A stretch of 32,360 bases of DNA. It comes from Solirubrobacterales bacterium (GTDB lineage: Bacteria > Actinomycetota > Thermoleophilia > Solirubrobacterales > 70-9). The stretch lies in contig DASUQZ010000086.1 of NCBI GenBank assembly GCA_036280335.1, positions 1-32,360 on the forward strand, read 5' to 3'. Below, piece after piece: positions 1 through 6,263 of the stretch (positions are counted from its first letter, which is position 1; each line of letters starts with the position of its first letter). The translations under genes were made by a program, and so were the position numbers. The notes beneath the pieces are model-generated. The model was not told the DNA's origin and did not search any database. It saw nothing but the letters and a program-made list of their open reading frames with translations.

Positions 1-37
1 CTCTTCACGTCGCAGAGGGGCAGCGCTAGAGAGGGGC

Positions 38-1447
38 TCATCGCGCCTCCTCGGCGGCAAGTGCCTCGAGCCAGGCATCGGCCTGCCCGATCATCTCGCC
101 CGCGATCTCCGGGGCGCGGCCGATGTAGCCGGCGGGGTCGAGGGCGGCATCTATCTCCTCCGCGCTGAGGCGGTTCCTCTCCGACAGCAGCAGTTCTTCC
201 CGCAGCGAGCGCCCGTTGCTCTTCGCCGCCTGTGCGGCTTCGTAGACGACCTCGTAGGCGGACTGCTTGCCGAGGTGGCGGACCAGGAGCAGCATCAGCT
301 GCTCCGTGGCCAGGTCGGCGGCGGTATCGGCAGCGTTCGACGCCATCGCGTCGGAGTCGACGTCGAGATCTGCGAGGACGTCATCGAGGATCGAAAGTGC
401 CGTCAGGGAGTAGTGGGAGACATCCGCGACGCTTGACCACTCCGTCCGCAGCTCCCGCGAGTCGCGCTCATGCTCGACGACCATCCCCTGCAGCGCCACC
501 GGTACCTGAGCCGCGGCCAGGCGGGCGAGCACGACTATCTGCTCGCACTCCTCCGGGTTGCGCTTGTGCGGCATCGTGCTGCTCCCGATCTTGCCGAAGT
601 GCCAACCGATGACCAACTCGCCCAGCTCGGGACGTGAGAGAGTCCGGATCTCGTCGGCGATGCGCGCGCAGGTGGCCGCCAGCATCGCCATCGTCGTGAC
701 GTAATCCATCACCCGATCGCGGGAGGCGTGCCAGGCCATCTTCGGCGCTCCCAGACCCAGCCTCTCCGCAAAACGGTTCACCAGCGAATCGGCGGATTCG
801 CCGAACGCAGCCATCGAGCCGACGCCGCCGAAGAGCTGCACAACCAGCGCCGTCGAGCGCACCTGGCGCATGCGCTGATGGGCTCGCTGGAGCTCATCGA
901 GCCAGCTGCCCACCTTGAGGCCGAAGGTGATCGGAAGGGCCGGCTGGGCGTGCGTGCGGCCGGTCATCACAGTGGCGATGTGCTCGCGGCCCAACGGGAC
1001 GAGCCGGCGCGAGATGCTGAGGAGCAGCCGCTCCGCCTCGTCCAGGCAGTCGCGCATCTCAAGCGCCTGGGCGGTGTCCTGGATGTCTTGGGTGGTTGCC
1101 CCGTAATGGACGAACTGTCCGGCATCGTCCTCGCAGGCGTGCTGCAAAGCGACGATCAGCGCCATCAGCGAATGACCGGTATGCCTGATCTCCGCGGCTA
1201 CCCGTTCCAGGTCAAGCCTCTCGAGCGAGGCCGCCTGGCCGATCGCATCGGCGATCTCCCGCGGCAACGTCCCCACATCGGCCTGGCTCGCGGCCAGTGC
1301 CGCCTCCACGTCGAGCCACCGCTGCAATCGGCTGGTGTCACCGAACACCTTTCTGCTGAACTCGGTTGCGTACATGTGACCGTGAAAGCGCGAGTCACTG
1401 ATATGGCCTCGCGCCGTCTCGCTGATCGGATGTGCGGAGTCAGGCAT
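38..1447 (-). CDS. Fumarate-lyase superfamily enzyme (adenylosuccinate lyase / 3-carboxy-cis,cis-muconate cycloisomerase-like)
   Basis: ORF track 38..1522. Carries the class-II fumarase/aspartase signature GSSTMPHKRNP and an N-terminal 'RLQRWLDVEAALAASQA' pattern typical of PurB/PcaB-type lyases. Start placed at Met26 (ATG ending at 1447), which overlaps the upstream gene's stop by 8 nt (ATGCCTGA). PurB versus PcaB cannot be decided by eye. Confidence 0.8.
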   Translation of the reverse strand: MPDSAHPISETARGHISDSRFHGHMYATEFSRKVFGDTSRLQRWLDVEAALAASQADVGTLPREIADAIGQAASLERLDLERVAAEIRHTGHSLMALIVALQHACEDDAGQFVHYGATTQDIQDTAQALEMRDCLDEAERLLLSISRRLVPLGREHIATVMTGRTHAQPALPITFGLKVGSWLDELQRAHQRMRQVRSTALVVQLFGGVGSMAAFGESADSLVNRFAERLGLGAPKMAWHASRDRVMDYVTTMAMLAATCARIADEIRTLSRPELGELVIGWHFGKIGSSTMPHKRNPEECEQIVVLARLAAAQVPVALQGMVVEHERDSRELRTEWSSVADVSHYSLTALSILDDVLADLDVDSDAMASNAADTAADLATEQLMLLLVRHLGKQSAYEVVYEAAQAAKSNGRSLREELLLSERNRLSAEEIDAALDPAGYIGRAPEIAGEMIGQADAWLEALAAEEAR

Positions 1448-2633
1448 CGGCAGAGTTGGTGGCAACCAGCCGGCGCTCGCGGTTTCCGGCTGCGAGCAGG
1501 CGCAATCCGTACGGTTTGGCATCTAGCGGCAAGTCCCGTCGACCAGCCATCCGCAGCGCCGCCTCGAGAGGAGTGGTCTCTGACCTCGTCTCCGCCAGCA
1601 AGCGAATGGTCAGTGCACTCATGGTGTCGGCGACGGTTTCGAGAACGGTGAGGGGGGCCGGGACACAGGTGGGTGCGAATAATGCGTCCATAGCAGCGGA
1701 TCCTCCGCAACCAGCAACGATGTCAGGCACCGTCAGCACACCCCGCGCGGCAAGCCGGCGGTACTCCTGGGGGGACAGGCCCTCGTTCGCGCCCACGACC
1801 ACTACCGGTGCTCTTGCGACCTCCACCGACGAATCCCCAAAAGCGTTCTCACAGGCCGCGAGGACGAGCATGTGTGAGTTCGTGCTGAGCACGGCCTCCC
1901 GAGGTAGCACTTCGGCGCCGAGGGCGATCTCGCGCAGCGGACTCCCCGGAGGTGAGCGCAACATCGAAGCGACCGGTAGTCCCTCCTCGGCGCGAACGCA
2001 CTCGTGCTCGTCCGCGATCGTGGTGATTGCGACGCCCGCGGCGTCGAGGGTGAGGGCAGCGCCGCGGCCAAGCGTCCCGAATCCCTGCAAAGCACAGGTA
2101 AGGAAGTCATCCTCGAGCCCGCTGACCCGAACAGCCGCGAGTGCGGAATGGGCGACTCCGTGGCCGGCGCGCCTCTCACCCAGCGTCAGCTGACCTACGT
2201 TTGCCTCAAGCAGGTCCAATCGCCGGCGAACCTGGTCGGAGCTGAGCCCTTGGGCGCGACCGATCGCTGCCTTCACCGACGCAATCCCCTCTTCTCGCGC
2301 GATCGCCTCGATCTCATCGAAGCTGGTCCCCATGTCGGGGCCGAGGCTCAAGCGCTCGCTGAGGTGGGGAGCGAGGAAACGGAGGAAGCGCCGGACCGCC
2401 TCCTTCTTGCCTGGCGCAGTGGGGTCATAGGCGATCCCACACTTCGCCCCGTCCACATTGACCCTGAGGACGCTCTCCTTGTACTGCATGGTCCTGGCCA
2501 GCGCTTCGATCCGCCTGCCCGTAAGCCCAGGATGCACCCGCATTCCCCCTGCCGCGAGTGGACGGGTTGTCTCACTGTAGGCGAGAAAACCAGAAAAGTC
2601 CTCCTCGGAGTCCCGGTAAGTGTAAAGTCTCAT
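1440..2633 (-). CDS. Glu/Leu/Phe/Val-type amino-acid dehydrogenase family protein
   Basis: 397-aa ORF. 'AAGGMRV' and 'VDGAKCGI' resemble the LeuDH/ValDH 'GGTRM' and 'GGGK' (catalytic Lys) blocks. 'GPDMGT' and a Rossmann motif 'GFGTLGRG' are present. Translationally coupled to the downstream lyase. Confidence 0.75.
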   Translation of the reverse strand: MRLYTYRDSEEDFSGFLAYSETTRPLAAGGMRVHPGLTGRRIEALARTMQYKESVLRVNVDGAKCGIAYDPTAPGKKEAVRRFLRFLAPHLSERLSLGPDMGTSFDEIEAIAREEGIASVKAAIGRAQGLSSDQVRRRLDLLEANVGQLTLGERRAGHGVAHSALAAVRVSGLEDDFLTCALQGFGTLGRGAALTLDAAGVAITTIADEHECVRAEEGLPVASMLRSPPGSPLREIALGAEVLPREAVLSTNSHMLVLAACENAFGDSSVEVARAPVVVVGANEGLSPQEYRRLAARGVLTVPDIVAGCGGSAAMDALFAPTCVPAPLTVLETVADTMSALTIRLLAETRSETTPLEAALRMAGRRDLPLDAKPYGLRLLAAGNRERRLVATNSADA

Positions 2634-2681
2634 ATTGAGGGGACTCTCGTAGTCGAACTCGAGTGAGGAGAACGGAGAAAG

Positions 2682-3032
2682 TTGGAAACCTCATCAGGCA
2701 GTCGTGAGCTTCCGATGGCTTGCTCTCTCCAGCCCGATGAGTGGGTCGAGCGGAAAAAGCTGATCAACCGGATCGCTTCCTCGGGCGTCGAGGAGGTGAA
2801 CCTCGGAGAAGAGGTGCTCACCTTCACGTTTCCGGCGGACCCGGGGCTGCGCGCCTCGCTGGAGGAACTGATCAGGCTCGAGAATGTCTGCTGCCCCTTC
2901 TTCGAGTTCGACCTTGCCGAACACGAGGGTTCGTTGACCTTGGCGGTACAGGCCCCCAATGGCCCGGCGACTGCACTAAACGCGCTTCGCGACATGTTGG
3001 CCTCTCCCGCGGTGGTCAAGAAATCTCGCTGA
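2682..3032 (+). CDS. Small hypothetical protein with a conserved-looking CCPFF motif
   Basis: 116-aa ORF with a TTG start preceded by GAGGAGAACGGAGAAAG (SD-like). Contains an N-terminal Cys and 'LIRLENVCCPFFEF'. An alternative ATG start lies at 2715. No family could be assigned by eye. Confidence 0.5.
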   Translation: METSSGSRELPMACSLQPDEWVERKKLINRIASSGVEEVNLGEEVLTFTFPADPGLRASLEELIRLENVCCPFFEFDLAEHEGSLTLAVQAPNGPATALNALRDMLASPAVVKKSR

Positions 3033-3054
3033 GCGAAGTATACGCAAAGATTGC

Positions 3055-3083
3055 TTGACTAATCAATCCACAGGGCTTACTCT
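3055..3083 (+). promoter_or_regulatory. Candidate SigA/sigma70-type promoter (TTGACT-N17-TACTCT)
   Basis: TTGACT at 3055-3060, a 17-nt spacer, then TACTCT at 3078-3083, about 43 nt upstream of the ATG at 3126. It sits in a locally AT-richer intergenic stretch. The -35 box lies within an imperfect palindrome, TTGACTAATCAA. Confidence 0.4.
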
Positions 3084-3125
3084 GAGCCAATCCGCGATCG
3101 GCGGACTGCACATGGAGGACTGTGG

Positions 3126-3587
3126 ATGTACGACAAAGCAAATCCGGTAGAGCCACCCGATTCAGTCAGCCCCGAGGCTGTCGCCGAACGGCGCCGAGCA
3201 CCGGAGCCGACCACCAAGGTTGCCTTCCAGCTTAAGTCGCTCTACGGGTTCTCGGATCACAGCGTCAAAGTCCCGCTGGGTCGCGATCGTTTCGTCGATT
3301 CGGGAACGGTGGCGCTGACGCTCGATCCGGAAGCGGCCGCTGACGGCAACTTCGGGGTCATCGACTTCGACAGGACAAAATTGCGGGTTCGCTACAGCGT
3401 TCAGTTGATGTTCCCCGGCCTCTATGACCTGGTGAAGAGGAAGGAATACGACTCCAACCTGCTCAACCCGGCTCGGGCGATCGCGACCGACGACTGTGAA
3501 GTTTCCGAGGATTACTCCGGCTGGCGTGCCCTCGGGCGAATGGACTTCCTCCCGGGATCGCTGTGGTCGGGTGCAGGCGGTGGCTGA
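3126..3587 (+). CDS. Hypothetical protein (153 aa), no recognisable family
   Basis: ATG at 3126 is preceded by GGAGGA (3114-3119, 6-nt spacing). Ends in a Gly-rich tail, 'SLWSGAGGG', followed by TGA at 3585-3587. The same frame stays open for 60 more codons (see findings). Confidence 0.6.
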   Translation: MYDKANPVEPPDSVSPEAVAERRRAPEPTTKVAFQLKSLYGFSDHSVKVPLGRDRFVDSGTVALTLDPEAAADGNFGVIDFDRTKLRVRYSVQLMFPGLYDLVKRKEYDSNLLNPARAIATDDCEVSEDYSGWRALGRMDFLPGSLWSGAGGG

Positions 3588-3598
3588 GACGGTCGTGT

Positions 3599-3617
3599 CT
3601 CCTCCAGTTTGGAGGAG
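3599..3617 (+). promoter_or_regulatory. RNA hairpin CUCCUCC-AGUUU-GGAGGAG, 11 nt downstream of the UGA (SECIS-like geometry; function unknown)
   Basis: Perfect 7-bp inverted repeat with a 5-nt loop containing GU. No U-tract follows, so it is not a classical intrinsic terminator. Confidence 0.3.
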
Positions 3618-3650
3618 CCGCTGACGGTCCTACAGGAAGGAAAGTCGACG

Positions 3651-3767
3651 ATGTCGGTCTACCGGACGACCTTCCTGGTGGGTTGGCCCGAGCACATGGG
3701 CGGCGAAACCACCCACATCACCTTCTCCGGGTCGATGGTCCTGGTACCGACGATGGGCTTGTTCTAG
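3651..3767 (+). CDS. Candidate 38-aa micro-ORF (MSVYRTTFLVGWPEHMGGETTHITFSGSMVLVPTMGLF), or the C-terminal extension of the 3126 ORF
   Basis: ATG at 3651 is preceded by AGGAAGGAAAG (3634-3644, about 6-7 nt spacing). Hand count finds 32 of the 33 scoreable codons (38 minus the 4 ATG and 1 TGG) ending in G/C, which is coding-like. TAG at 3765-3767. It is in the same frame as ORF 3126..3587. Confidence 0.4.
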   Translation: MSVYRTTFLVGWPEHMGGETTHITFSGSMVLVPTMGLF

Positions 3768-3798
3768 GCGACCCTGCGGGGATCGCGGAGGGCCAGCC

Positions 3799-4842
3799 AT
3801 GACCTTCCTCGGCGGCAGCCATCCCTGGTTCTCTTTCATCGTCCACCCGCGGAATTTGCCGGAGTTGATCGCGATGCCGGGGGCTTCGCTCGTCTACGAC
3901 CACAGCGACGACGACGCTGATTTCATCGCCAAGGCCACACACAATCCGCCGGTGGTGCTGGCCGACGTCGCCTTCTCGGGTTCGGTGGTGCGGGGGGAGC
4001 TGATCGCCGTCGGCATGTTGCCCGAGGCGATGCTGACCACCGACGCTCATCGCGCCGTTGCCGCCGCTGTCGAGCTCGCGATCGAACGCGGTTCCCGAGT
4101 GATCGGCCTCGGCGCACTGACCGCGCCCGCCACCGCCGGTGGCCGGGCGCTGCTGAAGCGCCTGCCGCCGGGGGTGACGCTCACCAACGGCAATGCCCTC
4201 ACCGCCGCAATCGTACGCCGCAACGTCCAGGAAGCGATCGTCCGGTCCGGTCTGGACCGGCCGCCCCGGGTCGCCCTGCTGGGAGCAACCGGCTCAGTCG
4301 GAATCGCTCTTTCCCGCCTGCTCGCGGACGAAGAAATCGAGCTGATCCTGGTTGGCGCTTCCGCCGGGCGGGTCGAGCGCACGCTCGGGGACCTCCTCGC
4401 CGCCGGTCACACGGGCGCCTGGACCCTTGACGCTTTGGCGGGCGCTGACATAGGGGTGATACTGACCAACGCCGAGAGCGCCCGGGTCAGGCCGGGACTG
4501 GTCGCGCCGAAAACGATCCTGATCGACGTTGCGCAGCCGCCGAACCTCGCCGAGGGCGACCTCCCGGCCTTCGCGGGCGAAGGAGTCTCCGTGGTCCCCG
4601 GCGGCGTTGTCCGCATTCCGGGCTACTCCTGCCGCCAGAACTTCGGCCTCTCCTCGCCGCGGGACACTTTTGCCTGCCTCGCCGAGACCTTCCTGCTGGC
4701 GAGGGAAGGGATGAGAGAGCATTCGACCGGGACGCCCGCACTCGACTACGTCGAGCGGATCGAGCGTGCGGCGATGCGGCAGGGGGTGAGCGTCCTGCCG
4801 CTTTTCGAGGAGCAGGCGACGCCCGCGGGAGCGGCTCCTTGA
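3799..4842 (+). CDS. Acyl-ACP reductase (AAR)-like NAD(P)-dependent oxidoreductase (COG5322-type 'predicted amino acid dehydrogenase')
   Basis: SD GGAGGG at 3787-3792. The sequence is collinear with my recollection of cyanobacterial AAR. FSFIVHP matches FGLIGHL, TNGNALTA matches TTGNTHTA, and VALLGATGSVGIAL matches VAVVGATGDIGSAV. ILIDVAQPPNL matches VLIDGGYPKNL, GEGVSVVPGGVV matches GEGIYVLNGGVV, and TFACLAETFLLAREG matches MFACFAEAMLLEFEG, which carries the catalytic Cys. Confidence 0.7.
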   Translation: MTFLGGSHPWFSFIVHPRNLPELIAMPGASLVYDHSDDDADFIAKATHNPPVVLADVAFSGSVVRGELIAVGMLPEAMLTTDAHRAVAAAVELAIERGSRVIGLGALTAPATAGGRALLKRLPPGVTLTNGNALTAAIVRRNVQEAIVRSGLDRPPRVALLGATGSVGIALSRLLADEEIELILVGASAGRVERTLGDLLAAGHTGAWTLDALAGADIGVILTNAESARVRPGLVAPKTILIDVAQPPNLAEGDLPAFAGEGVSVVPGGVVRIPGYSCRQNFGLSSPRDTFACLAETFLLAREGMREHSTGTPALDYVERIERAAMRQGVSVLPLFEEQATPAGAAP

Positions 4843-6263
4843 GCGCCGAGGAAGCTCCTGAGATGGGCTGCGAGCAACGGTTGCGCCGCAGCGTCAGCTG
4901 GCGCAGCGCAGCGCTGCTTGCCCTGGGCGCGGCACTCCTGGTCCTCGTCTCGATCGGGCCGATGGCGGGGGAGATCGGGACCGCGACGCCCTGGGTATGG
5001 CTCGCGATCGCCTCCGTGGGGGCGCTCCAGTGCCTGTTGCTGAGCGCACTGGCGGTCCGCTACCCGAATCGGGCCGGCGGAACGCCGATGTATGTCCACG
5101 CGGTCCTCGGTCGGCGCCGGCCTCTCCTCGCCGCGATCTCCAGCTGGGGCTACTGGTTTGCCTGGACCCCCGGCATCGCGGTCAACCTGATCCTCGCCGC
5201 CACCTACCTGCGGGCGACCGTGCTGCCCGGCCTCGACATCTTGCCGCTGGCGATCGCCCTCGGTGTCGCGCTCTACGCCGTCAACGGGCTGGGCCTCGAG
5301 CCCAGCATGCGTCTTGCCGGGTGCCTCGCCTGCGTGGCTCTGGTGCCGCTGGGGCTGGCGACGGTCGGACTCCTCCTGCAGCCTTCCCTGATCGATCTCG
5401 ACCGCCTGGTGCCGGTGGCAGTCGACACCAGCTCGGGCTCGCCCGCCTTGCTGCTGGTCGCGAAATGGGCCTTTGTAGCCGCCTGGTCCGCGTATGGGGC
5501 CGAGATGGCCTCGACGATAGTCGCGGAGATGAAGGCGGGAGCGGAGGAAGCGCCGTGGGCGATGCACGTCGCCGCGGTGATCGGCCTCGTCGGCTTCGGG
5601 CTGATGCCGTTCCTGATCGTCGCCGTGACCGGGGTCGCGGGGCTGAGCGCCGATCCCCTGGTGGCGTTCCTGCCCTTCGCCGAAGCCATCGGCGGTGACG
5701 CGGGGAAGACCGCGGTTGGTCTTCTTTTGGCCAGTGCGCTGATCCTGGGCGCGCAGGCTTTCGTCGTCGGCTCCTCGCGCACGATCTTCCAGATGGCCCA
5801 CGACGGGTACATCCCTCGCGCCTTCGCCACCGTCAACCGCCGCCAGGTCCCGATCGGCTCGCTGACGCTCGACGGGATGGTCATCTTCGCCCTGCTAGCT
5901 CTCTTCGGAACCCGGGTGGTCGACGTGGTAGCCGCGGCGAACTTCGGCTACGTGGTCGTGTTTGTGTTGATGCCGGTCGCCTTCCTGCTCGTTCGCCTGT
6001 CTGAGGGCGGCAGCCGGGCGCGGTGGACCTCCCCGCTCAACCTCCTTGCCGTGGGCTTGATGCTCTTCAACGCGGCGCTGCTGGTGGTTGGCGGGACTCA
6101 GTGGGGCAGCAGGGTGGTGCTGGCGGGTGTGATCGTGATGTCGCTGATCGTGCCGATCTCCCTCTTCCGGCGCTGGCAAGACCGGCGCGCGGGCTACCCG
6201 GCGCTGCCGCCGCTGTTCCGCGGGCAGCCGGTGAAGGACGGGTTGCAGGGAGCCGGCCGTTGA
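4839..6263 (+). CDS. APC-superfamily amino acid/polyamine permease
   Basis: 474-aa polytopic membrane protein of about 12 TM, with 'NRAGGTPMYVHAVLG' and other APC-like blocks. TTG at 4839 overlaps the upstream TGA (TTGA). An alternative ATG at 4863 has GAGGAAG 8 nt upstream. Confidence 0.75.
   Translation: MSAEEAPEMGCEQRLRRSVSWRSAALLALGAALLVLVSIGPMAGEIGTATPWVWLAIASVGALQCLLLSALAVRYPNRAGGTPMYVHAVLGRRRPLLAAISSWGYWFAWTPGIAVNLILAATYLRATVLPGLDILPLAIALGVALYAVNGLGLEPSMRLAGCLACVALVPLGLATVGLLLQPSLIDLDRLVPVAVDTSSGSPALLLVAKWAFVAAWSAYGAEMASTIVAEMKAGAEEAPWAMHVAAVIGLVGFGLMPFLIVAVTGVAGLSADPLVAFLPFAEAIGGDAGKTAVGLLLASALILGAQAFVVGSSRTIFQMAHDGYIPRAFATVNRRQVPIGSLTLDGMVIFALLALFGTRVVDVVAAANFGYVVVFVLMPVAFLLVRLSEGGSRARWTSPLNLLAVGLMLFNAALLVVGGTQWGSRVVLAGVIVMSLIVPISLFRRWQDRRAGYPALPPLFRGQPVKDGLQGAGR

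Noticed and set aside
4746-5801. 351-aa minus-strand ORF, plus similar ORFs at 5273..5884, 5895..6728, 6067..6906 and 7000..7827
   Set aside because: They are antisense or off-frame to the APC permease and MMPL genes. The translations are Arg/Pro/Gly/His-rich with no domains.
4839-6263. Recurrent TTGA and GTGA 4-nt start/stop overlaps as a special signal
   Set aside because: This is ordinary translational coupling, common in compact high-G+C genomes. It was used only as operon evidence.
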